Part shown: one piece after another, positions 23,188 to 36,308 of the stretch
How positions within the stretch are numbered: position 1 is the stretch's first letter
Layout: the number at the start of each line of letters is the position of its first letter
Source of the DNA: Antedon mediterranea
Lineage: Eukaryota > Animalia > Echinodermata
Direction of reading: 5' to 3'
Assembly (NCBI RefSeq): GCF_964355755.1
Contig: NC_092680.1
Coordinates: 8,122,001 to 8,186,000 of the forward strand
Length of the DNA stretch: 64,000 nt
Notes under the pieces: model-generated
The model's input: only the letters and a program-made list of their open reading frames with translations
What the model was told of the DNA's origin: nothing
Database searches by the model: none
Translations under genes and position numbers: made by a program

Positions 23188-24647
23188 AGTGTTTGTTGTG
23201 TACCTTGATCTGTGACTTTATTTATCTAATAACGTTTATCAGTATACTTATTAGACCTAGGCCTAGGCCTGTATCACTGGAAATAAAAATACATACATGT
23301 TATACAATTTTTATGAATGTTTATTATTTTCCGTGACGACGGCTATTATTATATTATTTTTATTTCATTTTTTTAGGTATGAAAGCTTGTAGTAGGCTTA
23401 TTCGTGATGATCGTATGATAATTATTTATAGTAATGTATTTATAAACATACTGCCTAAACATGGGCCTAAGATTTATTATTTAATTGTTTATGGAGCAAA
23501 CTGTCTGCATGACATGACGGGAACACTGGTGATGTTTTTTTTGGCAACTGGTGTGTTTTGGTGGTAACCGGCAATAACAATAGAGGGCGACATACTTTTA
23601 TTTTTGCGCGTTTCGTGGTTTCTTCTTTAATTCACACTCTACCGTATTCTTTGACCACACGAACAAAACGTTCGTAGTGAATATCACATCGTGATTCAAC
23701 AAAATTATAAAGAAGTGGTAAGTATTTTAAAATAAAATAGATTTTTTTATGAAATTGTGAATATTTAATATATAGATTATCGTGATATAGTAGAGTCTGT
23801 ATATTCTCCTTTTCTGAGATTATTTGATTAAATAGAAGTATCCTAATGCTAGGCCTACTAGCCTAGCTCTAGGCCCCTAGCCTAGGTTACCTAGCTAGGC
23901 AAGCTAGGGCTAGGCCTAGGCTAGCCCAGCCCAGATAGGCTAATCAAGGCTATTTTATACCTCCATGGGCTAACCAGCAAATACATCTCAAAATCAATTA
24001 ATGGCGGGTTCTCCTCCTGGCTGGCTGGACCTGGCCACACAAGCCTGTTTCTTGAGGTGATCCTTATCTGCGTATACTGTAGACTAGGCCTAGCCTAGGC
24101 CTACTTTGGTTATAGATTCTCCCAGGTGCTAATCATTTATCTGTGATTTTGTGTCAATCAGAGGGGTTAGAAACAAGATTTCCAAACAGGTACTGTACAG
24201 TAATTTTAATAGCTGCTTTATACAGTAATATATATTATAAATATTCTTATAAATGTGTGGAGGTTGTCACTTGTGTATAAATTTTGTCGGTTTTAATGAT
24301 CCTAAAAGTGAAGAAACTTTTTAAGCATGAGATTAAAGGGATTATATTCCTAAATAATCAACCTCTAAGCCAACTCCCTAAAAATAAACTGAACCTCTCT
24401 AAATAACCTCTCTTCCTTGCGTAAAAAAAAAATCAGGGGGCCTTACTTAAAATTCTAATTTAGGCCTACAGTATCATAGCCAGACTACTAATTATGTACT
24501 AAACTAAGGTAATAATATAAGTCTAGTACTGTACTATACTAAGAAACATAGATGATTTTGGAATTTTCAAATTCAACTTGATGATTCAACTTGATGATTC
24601 AACTGTTTTTATTTTGTACAGTAGGAACTGGATATTTAGCCTCTTGA

Positions 24648-25618
<971 letters not shown>

Positions 25619-27594
25619 GCCCAACTGCTTCAATGAATGTATATTATTTAAGTCAATTTATTGTTAACTTTGTTTTCTCTTTTCGACGATTGATCATTTG
25701 TTCCCAATAATGTGTAAAGTGTATTGATTTGATTTAATTCTAGAGGGGGCTGTTGTGATACCTTTGGTATAATAGAGGGGGCTATACTAATCTCTTTCTT
25801 TTCTCTTGTGAGTGTTTTCGGGCATTGAATCAGCTATGTAAAAATATACTGTTTGATGTAGTAGAAGATTTTTGCCATTGATTTTTCTCCGCAATAATAC
25901 CAATATACAACCTACATAACTTTAGTGTTACTGTTATAAGAAATGTGATGTAAAAGCATTAATGTCATTGTATGTCAAGGGTAAGCACTCTGAAATGTAA
26001 GCTTGGAACATTAACAATTTATGTGATCTTTATTACTTATAATCAGTATAGAATAATAAGCACAAAAGAAAACAATTAATATATGTTATTGATTGGTGGT
26101 GACTGGCATAGGCCTATGAGCAGTAGTAGTAGACATTTCGGTATTGGTAAACCATTGCTCATCTTACAGACTTAGTAAATTAGAAAATTAATCTTTTTCT
26201 TCATGCCAATGGATAACAAAATAGTGCTTTTTTGTTTGAAAACTAAAAAAAACTCTTAATTTTCTTCTTTGAAACTGCCATTGTTAAGCTATTATTCTAT
26301 CAAACAGCTTATGAAAGTGTGTAAATATGAGATATTAATGTGTTTATAATACTCTTTGTATTGTTTTTTTCACAAATGACAATATTTAGGCAATGACGAC
26401 TATCCTGTATTTTTGCTGTTGTATTAAATTTACATATATAGTGTTCTTGTCCATGTGAAACGTAAACTTTTTTTTTAACAATTTGCTCATCTATTTAATG
26501 AAGTTTCTTGTCAAATTCAAAACTGTGCTAGCCTGAAATACCAACAAAATGTTAAATTTATGGATTGTTTATTTGTTTCAGTTTTTGAAGTTTCAATGAT
26601 AAAAAAGTATAAGCAGGGAGTTGTTATTAACAACTCCCTGGTATAAGGGTATTTATTTTGATTAATAATTTCTTGTATAATTAACAGTCTTAATTTAATA
26701 TCAGAAATTAGTGTTTTTTTCCAATAGTTTTTTTTTATCAGTAGCACTAATTTTCGTTATATACCAAAACATACTGTGTCAACTACTGTATTGTAATATA
26801 TATTATATTCCTAGAAATATACCTTAAATATATTTGTTAAAGTATATCCAACTTGATATACAATACATCAATTTGATATTTAAAGATATTGTATTTGCAG
26901 TATACTAAATATACAGCCAAATTTAACCTATTGCAAATTTATATACAGTGAGGCAAGATTAACTAAACTTTTCATATTGGAGATAAATTTGTTATGTAGA
27001 AGTACTGTATAGTAGTAGTAGTGGTAGTAGTGAATATTTTTTAGGTTACAATTAAATGGAACAAAACTATTACATTTGGTTTTTGACATTATATTTACAA
27101 TGAATATCAAATTAATGAAAATCACTAACTTTGGCTTAACATTTGATAATAAAATACCAATAAATTGTTGACTAAATAATTACGGCGATAGTTGAAATAA
27201 TATCAATCTCTGTATACTAATTGTTATGTAGTACTGGTTATTAGTGAGTTTTTTTATGTTCAATGATTGCAAATAAAAAAAAAAGAATTATATTTCGGAA
27301 ATAAGTGTTTCTACAATTTTTATAAATCTAATGTCCAAATCTCTTGTAAATGGTAAAGTACACAGAGGCAGATCCAGGGGAAGTACTTTTTAAAACATAA
27401 TCAATATGTTTATTGTAGCTGTCAAAAAGGGGAGAATTTGCCCCTGAATCTGCCTCAATACAAATAGATGTACAGTACATAGAATGTTTCAACGAGAGAT
27501 TGAGATCAAGCACATCACAATATATGAAGATGCAATTGCAAGACTAAGGCAGTGTTTACACACACTGGAATTAACTCTTTTCTATGCAAGCTTA

Positions 27595-28116
27595 AGCTTG
27601 GTTCCCACTTACATACATAACACAAGGATGCAAGTGCATCGTAATCCAAAGGTGACAGTTGATGATCCATCCTGTCGTAATAGGTAAAACTGAAACCTAT
27701 GCACTTGTCAATTGTATGACCCAATATATGAACCCCGGGAGTGGTGTGTCATTTACAAATAATTACTGACTCGGGTGCGTCAAAAAACCTAGAAGGTACC
27801 TCGCATCAATGAACGATGGTGTCAATGTCCGTCACTTTACCACTTAAAATATCATAAACATGGTCACAGTCAAAATGGGTGCGTCATGGTCACTTAAAGG
27901 TAAGTCACATTTTTTACGCACGGGTGCGTCATGGTATTCATAAGGTATGATGCACATCGGACAAATGACACACCTCTCCAGAAGGTCGTATAGTGGGTCA
28001 TACAATTGACAAGTGCATAGGTTTCAGTTTTACCAATTACGACAGGATGGATCATCAACTGTCACTTTTGATTGGTCAACTCACTTGCGTTGTGTCCAAG
28101 TTAGAACAACCAAGCT
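27595..28116. mobile_element. Composite palindrome: MITE family C (27700-28017) at the centre of MITE family B
   Basis: The inner element TGCACTTGTCAATTGTATGACCCA...TGGGTCATACAATTGACAAGTGCA also occurs alone at 52687-52981. The outer arms begin AGCTTGGTTCCCACT and end ACCAAGCT. Related fragments lie at about 21236-21350, 35735-35820, 39005-39120 and 39525-39610. Confidence 0.75.
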
Positions 28117-28895
28117 GTAAACTAATCCAAATCATGTCTGCATTATATCCACTTGTGTGCACAGTAAACACTCTTTACCGTATCATTAACTGCGACATAA
28201 CTATGAATGATGTACAATACCTCTAAGAAATATAACTGACAATTTTCAGTATTTTCAGTACATCTTATACTCTGAATAGGTTTAGCTCCTCAAACTCCTC
28301 TCTGTTTATATATGAGCAGTTGGAGTAGATCACTGCGAGGTGTTTGCAAGTGACCACTCAAAGGTGAATAACAGTAAAACTCAATGTATAGGAGCAATGG
28401 GAGGTATTTGTGAGTGACTAAAAATACATAAATGAATGGAAATATTATTAAACAAATACACTGTACTTTATATTTGACATCATTTAACAAAACAAGGTTT
28501 CTTGTCATATCAAATCTGCACGCTTAACTTAATCTTACTTTGAAATATCAATTTGATTTCTTCTTCACAAAATTTACAAGCCATTTCATAACCAATATTT
28601 AGAAATTATGATTTTATAATCTTTTTTAAATAAAAAATTTTTTTTTTTATAGCAGATACCTCTGCCAAATGGGGTTATGTTTCAACATCTCAAAAATGTC
28701 TTCTTTCATGAGATATTCAATTAGTTTTCCTACTGGATCCACTTATTAAAGTTATTAGAGGTTTCTTCTATAATTCAATGAAAAATTCTTTAACTAAAAA
28801 TAATTTCTCATAAACTACATTCCTTTTTCAATAAGGCCTCACAATTGGCACAGATATACAAGGCATGTCAAAATGTTTTATTTTTGTTGATTTTT

Positions 28896-31800
28896 TTATT
28901 TTTGTTTTTTTGCTCCAATATTTGCTAATCTGTCGGCTTCCTCATTTCCATGAATACCTTTGTGACCAGGAACATATTTCTGAAAGCAGAACAAAAAAGA
29001 ATATTATTTTACCATACAATATGAACATCTAATTATTAACTGGCCATTGGTATGGTAAAAGCAGGAAATCTTGTATTATTCTTCTATTATTTAATAAAAA
29101 AAAAAATAATAATAATAATATCAGTATCAGTAAGTGACACCGCTAATTACACAATGCTGGGTTTCAAAGTTGTCCCCTTCAAATACATGTTTAAACACTA
29201 TCCAGATGGGACACACTGTTTTTGCGATAGGGTTTATCTACTCCACAGTAGTTACAAACAATTACAATCCTGTTTAGTTCAGTACCCACTGCTTCATTGG
29301 GCTTGAATCTAACCCCTAGCCATCAACACAAGCCTAGAGGTAAAGGGTTTGAGTACCACCCTAGAATTACTTTCCAATGTACTTAGTACATCTACTTATC
29401 ATTAAAACAACAGAGCAGCACTGTTGTGATAAATTTCATGAAATATAATCTGTACACAAACAGTATTGATTTTATAGCCACATACTCATTCAAACATTGA
29501 ACATGAAAATCGTAATAAAACAGTAAACATACCCATTTCACAGTTATATCCATCCTAGCCTCATCAAGTTCCTGAATTAAATCTTTGTTAAGAACATTGC
29601 CATTTTTACTCGTTCTCCAACCATTTTCTTTCCATCTATCAATCCATTCTGTTGCACCTGATAGCAAAAGATATGCACACAATTCTAATGCTCTTATTAC
29701 AAATTATCAAATTAACAGTGAACAAATTAACCAGAAAATTATTTTTAAATAAAAGAATGTAAAAATTAGTTAAATTTTTTCCTGTCAGAAACTCAATTAT
29801 GCCGATTACCCTTAATGATTAAATGAGTATTTTAATTCAGTTCAAACAATTTTCGATGTTTGTGTAGATTATTGTCTAAGACCAATATAACTTACATTTA
29901 ATTGTGTATATACTGTCAGTTTTTAATTCTATATACTCTAAATCGTTCTTCTTTGCTACTTCAATCGCACGAAGAGCAGCCTGCAAATACAAAAGATTGC
30001 TGTATTTAAATAAAAAATGTATATATATATATTCTCTACAATTCAGAGCTCTGATTAAAATACCCAATAGTCTGAATTTTTTCAGGGATGGTGCCTGTTA
30101 TGGTAGTGATAGGGAGCTTTCGCTTTGTGCTGACCTAGTTAATGTATTGTGTACATGCAGGGGACATTCCATGCTATGACCAACTACACAGTAGGTTGTA
30201 GGTGGTAACAAATTATAAGTTCAATATTATATTAGTATTTCTAGGGAAAACCAGACTGCATTAAATATGTTTTTTGACTGTATGATTTACTGGCATTCTG
30301 AAATGTAACATCAATTTGAAATCTGTTCTGAAATCTGAATCTATCCCTTGAACAAACACATGCCGTGACATACCGTTAACTCAGCTCTTTGGTTTGTTGG
30401 TGGTCCGTACAGTTTCTCACTAACATTCCAAGGATGATCTGGACCCCAGTAGACTCCAACTCCAGCCCGTGCTCCTGCCATTCCATTTTTTGTACAACTT
30501 CCATCTGTATATACGACGGTTGGTTCTAAGAACATGCAAAAATGAAAGCAAGAAGTGACATTATTATCTAGGTGTTGGTGAAAAATAAACATGTAATACT
30601 TTAATACAAATTTTAAAATAGAATTTCCCTTGATAAATTATTATTTCAGATTATTGCATAATTTCCCCCAGATAAAAGGATACTTGCTAAAATTTAAAGA
30701 TGTGGTGAAATGGTGATGACATGTGCAAACAGAGTCATCTAAGTAAATCCTACAACAGTCAACTTTCTTAATACCAATTCAATTGAGCTAGCCAAAATTA
30801 TCTGGTTTTCTTATAAAGCAACTTCAGCTTTCAGATGACCAACTGGCTAACTTGGTTGGGTCAATTTACTATGATGTGAGAGGTGCAGGATGTGGTTCCT
30901 CGCTCCCGCCTCAACAATTTTGATGGTCTCTAGGTCCAGGTGACGTCCAACGACACATTGACTGCCCTCACCCAGCTTGTTCCTAGGTCATCAGTCAGTA
31001 ATAGTGGTTTTTATGGATTCTTGTATTGTGAGAGTTGACTGTATTGTACTTGGGTTTTTCTACATATTTGAGAGTTAGACAAACTAATTAAAACATACTT
31101 TCCACAGATTCGACTGATGAATCACTGCCACCATAACTGTGTTGTACTTTACTTTTCTTATATGATGTCAGAGCATCACTTTCTGAAAGAAATGAAAAGT
31201 AAGCGTCATTCTCTTACTGCTAGGATTGACCTACAGGAGTTAACACTGGTAGGGTTGGGGGAGTTAAGTTTAAGTTGTTTCAGTACTTGTATGTCAACAA
31301 TTAATTTTTATTAATTGGTAAATAAGAAAAACTTTTTGCCTTTATATTATACTGAATTTTATTTTTAAATAAAGGTACCTAAAGGTACTGTTGATCGTTT
31401 TGTTGATTGTCTATATGTTTTTCTTGACCATGAAGTCGTTGGTGGTTTTGGTACCGATCCAATAAAATTATTCGCCTCATCTTCAGTTTTAAACTTTTTA
31501 AACTGAGCTCCTTGGAATTGGTGTACTTGTTTTTGACACTCATCCCTAGAAAATGTAAATTAAAATATAAAAACATTATTTATTGATCAACAACAGTAAC
31601 TACAGCATTTTTTTTACACACTTTTCTTGATAACATTTTATTTCATAAAACCTGGTTTACGATGAAAAATTGAAACCGGTCACGTTAAAATCAACTTCCG
31701 GTATTTTGTATGGTGTGCTGCTAGAGTTATAATACTGATGATATAGGTCGCGGTTTGAAATCGGTCATGCTTTGTATGGATGCATGCGAGCAGCATATAC

Positions 31801-32382
31801 ATTTTCTTCGTTTATATAGATTTAATTGATATTTTTTAGGAACTAGATTATTTATGTCCATGTGGATATTTTTTTATTTGGTTAATTAATATTTATTATC
31901 AATAATTAAATTGCCTTTTTTTTTTGCATGTTGATTTTATCGCATCCAATTTCAAGCGCGACCGTTTTTATCCGACACCATATAAAACCCTACCGTGCAA
32001 TATATCGATCGGGCACTAGCTAGGCTATATCTATTATATTATTAGGCCTAGTATTATGGGCGTTAGATTAGTAACAATAGACCGTGCATGATTGTTCCTA
32101 GAGGCCTAGGCCTAGGCTAGGCAGTGTTTTATGCAGTGTGTTGTGTTGTGACAGACAGTTTCAGTACTTCCAAGTTCCTGCATCCATGACTGCAGAAGCA
32201 GTGTGAGTGTAGAGTAGAAGTAGGCCCGCCTAGTAGAGGGGCGGCTAGGCCTAGCTTAGCCTGCCGACCTACCATGTTTTGAATATACCAATATTTCGCC
32301 CCTTTCGCACTGCATAAAACGGCATTTGTCTAATTATTGCAAACGAAGATGAGAAGAGCAATCGTTGATGTAGCAATGTCAT
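28896..32382 (-). CDS. RNASEH1: Ribonuclease H1 (hybrid-binding domain, linker, RNase H domain)
   Basis: Exons 32382-32273, 31545-31379, 31182-31099, 30525-30374, 29980-29896, 29657-29533, 28979-28896. [48 protein letters not shown]. Catalytic motifs [44 protein letters not shown]. Confidence 0.97.
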
Positions 32383-32635
32383 TCAAAATCACATCTTTAT
32401 TTTGAAACTAGTATGAAACCATTCAACCATAACAATTGACCTTTTTCGCCATTATTTCAATATTTTTATGAATAATATGCATATTTTAAATAATAAAATA
32501 TCATAAAAAAATGATGTGAATATAATTGCTTATAACAAATTTTTATAGAACATCATTCTTTGGTAAATTATTTATTGTAAATGTTGTTTTTATTTTTCAG
32601 TAAAAATAAATTGTATTTTGCAAATGAAAGGTCGA

Positions 32636-32662
32636 CCTCTTTGGCCTAATAATTGTGTATGT
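32636..32662 (+). promoter_or_regulatory. Putative RPS7 TCT/5'TOP start and short non-coding first exon
   Basis: A pyrimidine run CCTCTTT is followed about 20 nt later by a GTATGT donor, and the acceptor lies just before the RPS7 ATG (33632). This layout is typical of ribosomal protein genes. TSS not verified. Confidence 0.5.
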
Positions 32663-33161
32663 TGTGGTAATATATTTTTGATTGTAACTAAAGTTACCTT
32701 TTATTCAACATATTTATCAATTTATTGTAAAATAAACCTTGTATCATGTTTTCATATGTATATTTCTTCTATTTTAATAACTTTTACGTTTCGATGGTTT
32801 GAATGAAACATGTAATTTTAGAGATAAACATGCTTCGTATTTCTGTACGTTTCACTAGTTGCAGACGTAGCCTAGCCTACTGTGTAGACCAGGCTCTTCA
32901 GACAGGAGATTATAGGCATGCTTTAAATGAAACTAAAAGGCCTAGTTACTATAATTGAAATATAATAAATAAAGCGAGTCAATTTAAGTGTTAACTCTTT
33001 ATTTATGTCTAGGCTAGGCCTAGCCTAACATTTGTCAATTTAACAATTCTTCCTGCCTGGGCTGGACTGTCGGGGTGGGTGGCCATCTGGGTCTGCAGAG
33101 AGATAGCCTAGCCTAGGCCTATATATTATTACTGTAGTAGTATTTATGTATGAAGGCTTAA

Positions 33162-33249
33162 TTAAAGGACAACTTGACCGAGGACCATATTTTTACATCC
33201 CTAATAAGTTGTTAAAATATGGTCTTCGTTCGGTCAAGTTGTCCTTTAA
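33162..33249. mobile_element. Short palindromic MITE flanked by TTAA (Kolobok-like termini)
   Basis: TTAA-AGGACAACTTGACCGAGGACCATATTTT...AAAATATGGTCTTCGTTCGGTCAAGTTGTCCT-TTAA. Confidence 0.7.
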
Positions 33250-33250
33250 A

Positions 33251-33406
33251 TACAGTCGACTCTGCCTAAATCGAATTCGCGTTATTCGAAAAATCACGAA
33301 TAGAAAGTCGAATTTTTATGAATTCTTTCCTAATCCTATAATATAAGTATACTTTTTATACCAGTCCCATTAGATTCGACTTAAATAGGCGGAGTCGATT
33401 GCTGTA
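33251..33406. mobile_element. Tc1/mariner-pogo-like MITE
   Basis: TA-CAGTCGACTCTGCCTAAATCGAA...TTCGACTTAAATAGGCGGAGTCGATTGCTG-TA: imperfect TIRs starting CAGT, with TA flanks. Confidence 0.65.
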
Positions 33407-33637
33407 GTAGCATGGTAAGGGAAATCCCTGATAAGAAGGTAAAGAGGTTTTGTTACCGAGCCTTGAGCCGAAGTTAGGCTAGATTGCCTGTACAGTATGT
33501 ATAGAACATATTCTTTGGTTATACACTACATAAATATGTTTAAATACAATGTGAGTATGTATTGTTTGTATGTATAATTGGCATTATTGTTATCTAATCA
33601 GTATTAATAGTAATTAAATGTTTAAATTGCAGACAAA

Positions 33638-35371
33638 ATGGCCGTGTTCAATCCAGGGGTGAAGATTATGAAGCCAGAAGGCGAAACAGCCGATGAATTT
33701 GAACTTTCCATTTCCCAGGTTTGTTATGTATTACCTTGTTTTTAATTTACTCGTATTGGTAACATTTCTTGTTTTTTTTTCTTGATTCTTCTTTTTTTGT
33801 GGAAATTGTAAATTCTGTATACTTACTTGAAAGCTTGTTTTTCACTAGGATGCAGTGCAAGTAATTAAGACAATCATAACATATAATTTGTTTATAATTC
33901 TATTCACAAGGACAATAAATACTATCATATTGTATCTGTTGTGATTGGTCAAATTACTTGGAATGCGCTTACAGACTTTGTGTTCTGGTGTGAAAAACCT
34001 TAAAACCTATAAATAATAAACTATGATCAGTATTTTTCAATATTCTCATTGTAGGCTCTGCTTGAACTTGAAATGAACTCTGATTTAAAAAGTCAGTTGA
34101 GAGAGCTGTTTATATCTGGAGCAAAGGAGGTAGACGTTGGCCCTAAAAAAGCCATTATTATCTTTGTGCCAGTACCACAGCTGAGATCATTCCAGAAGGT
34201 ACAAACCCGTCTTGTGAGGGAGCTGGAAAAGAAATTCAGTGGCAAACATGTTGTCTTTATTGCCCAGGTGAGTCTTATGGTTATTCATTTTAATTTTTTT
34301 AATTCATCTTTAGTCATCACCCAACTGTAGCTGAGCTAATCAAAATGCAGCGCTCCATTGTTGGACTCGGGGTTAGACAGTTATAGACGGCACTCACTAA
34401 ATGTTGATTTTTTAATGCAGTCAAGGTCCTTTTTACAAAATAATGTTCCATAGAATCATTCATTAGTTCAAAATAATGAATAGCATGTGATGTGTACTTA
34501 AATCAAATGGCAACAATATACTTAGGTTAAGTTAAAATTGTCCTATCCCTGAGAAATCAATTCCTTATGTATTTTGAAATTGAAGTGTATTTATGTTATG
34601 AATTCACAAATGTGCCAATACCTTTGATTTAAATATGTGATTTGGTTGCTATATTTTCAAAATTACTCTTTACCCACCCAGTAATGCTACTATTAAGTGA
34701 TTGTATTTGAACAAATTGTTTTTCCTTGTTTTTATGGCAATGTAGCGAAGGATCCTTCCTAAACCAACAAGAAAATCCAGAAACAAAGGAAAGCAGAAGC
34801 GTCCACGAAGCAGAACTCTGACAGCCGTTCACGAAAGCATTTTGGAAGATTTAGTGTTCCCTTCTGAGATTGTCGGCAAGAGAATTAGAATAAAGCAGGA
34901 CTGTTCTCGGATTGTAAAAGTTCATTTAGACAAGGCCCAACAAACAACTGTTGAACATAAGGTGAGTTTTGTCATTATATAGCAGGTTATTCAAGGCCGT
35001 AACGAGCGGTTAAAAACAGACGAGGCAAAGATGCTTTAAATATAATTAATAATATAAAATACGACGATCTGTGCTAGGGAAATGGGATGGGTGGTGAAAA
35101 TTAAAAGTCTGCCTCATGCTGGCTATGGCCCTGTTATCATGCTTTTAACTTTAACTTAACTGGTGATTTTGTATCAAAATAACAAATCAATAAAAGAATA
35201 TTCCATGTTCTCCATTCTGGACATCTTTGTTAGATGTACTACTGGTTTCTTATATTGGTGATTACATTTCTTCTTTCGTGTTCTGTCTTTCAGCTTGATA
35301 CCTACACAGCTGTCTACAAGAAACTAACTGGAAAAGAAGTACACTTCCAGTTCCCAGAGTTTGTTCTGTAA
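33638..35371 (+). CDS. RPS7: 40S ribosomal protein S7 (eS7)
   Basis: Exons 33638-33718, 34055-34267, 34746-34961 and 35294-35371 give ...[22 protein letters not shown]...[32 protein letters not shown]...[31 protein letters not shown]...[25 protein letters not shown] at about 35417. Confidence 0.98.
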
Positions 35372-36308
35372 ATGACATCTCATATGTGCAGGTGTAGATG
35401 AGGAAAAAAATGTCCTAATAAAAATTGTAAAATACCTAGCTTGATGTTTTGTATGTTTTTTTTTTTATGGACTTTGTTATCTTGCTCACCTAAATCTAAC
35501 CTAAAAACTCAAATTGGTTTGTGTCGACATTATTATTAGATTGTCTAGTAAAGATTGAAGTCTTTCTCATCCTGGGTATCTCACTTATTGCAATCTGTCT
35601 GTGGTTGTATCATTGAAAAGTTCGTCCACATTTTGATGAAGTTGTTCTGATCTCCAGTGGTTTCCTCTATTAGCTGCTAGAGATACTCTATAAATGCAAT
35701 ACATACTAATGTAACACAAACACCTATCTACTAAAGCTTGGTTCCCACTGGGACGCAACAAAGCGAGTTGACCAATGACAAGTGGAATTTTCTTGCTCTC
35801 CGTCCTAGTGGGAATCAATGGGCTTTATGAGCTCAATAGTGCTATCATAACCCAAACACACGACTGGGTACAAACCTAAATATGGCTTAAGGTGCGATCT
35901 ACAACCAAACACTCATCTCTTGCAACTTCAAGGTCTTTAGATACAACCAGCAACTCATAACCCCCATAACACACAAATAAATTAAAGAGCCACATACATA
36001 ATTGTTTTAAGTAATTGTGTTGCACATACATTCTTTGATCAAATTAGTCTTTTATTTCTCAATAATAAACATTTATACTTTAAAATGTACTGTTTGAAAC
36101 AGAAGCATGCCTATAGGTAATTACAGTTGCCTAATGTTTTTACTAGATGTATTAGCTGTTTTTTGTCTAGACTACTGGCATTAATTCTTCCAGGTGGCTA
36201 TTTAATTTCTCCTGGAAATATTCACTTCCTGAAACTTTTTCAAAAAACTTTTATATAGATATTTAATCCAATTAATGTTCGTGCTCAAATTAAGCGGTAA
36301 CCCTGCAT

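Noticed and set aside
25738-25786. Two TAGAGGGGGC words (and TAGAGGGCGA at about 23581) as CTCF sites
   Set aside because: They match only the core and lack the 5' CC(A/G)C part. They cannot be supported without a PWM scan or ChIP data.
29392-30592. RNase H fragments as part of an LTR retrotransposon
   Set aside because: They splice into a seven-exon cellular RNASEH1 with a hybrid-binding domain. There are no LTRs, gag, RT or integrase.
32663-35293. Intronic snoRNAs (e.g. U17/SNORA73) in RPS7
   Set aside because: I could not find the paired U17 m1 (ATATTCCTA) and m2 (AAACCAT) motifs, or convincing C/D or H/ACA layouts, by eye. An Infernal/Rfam scan would be needed to exclude them.
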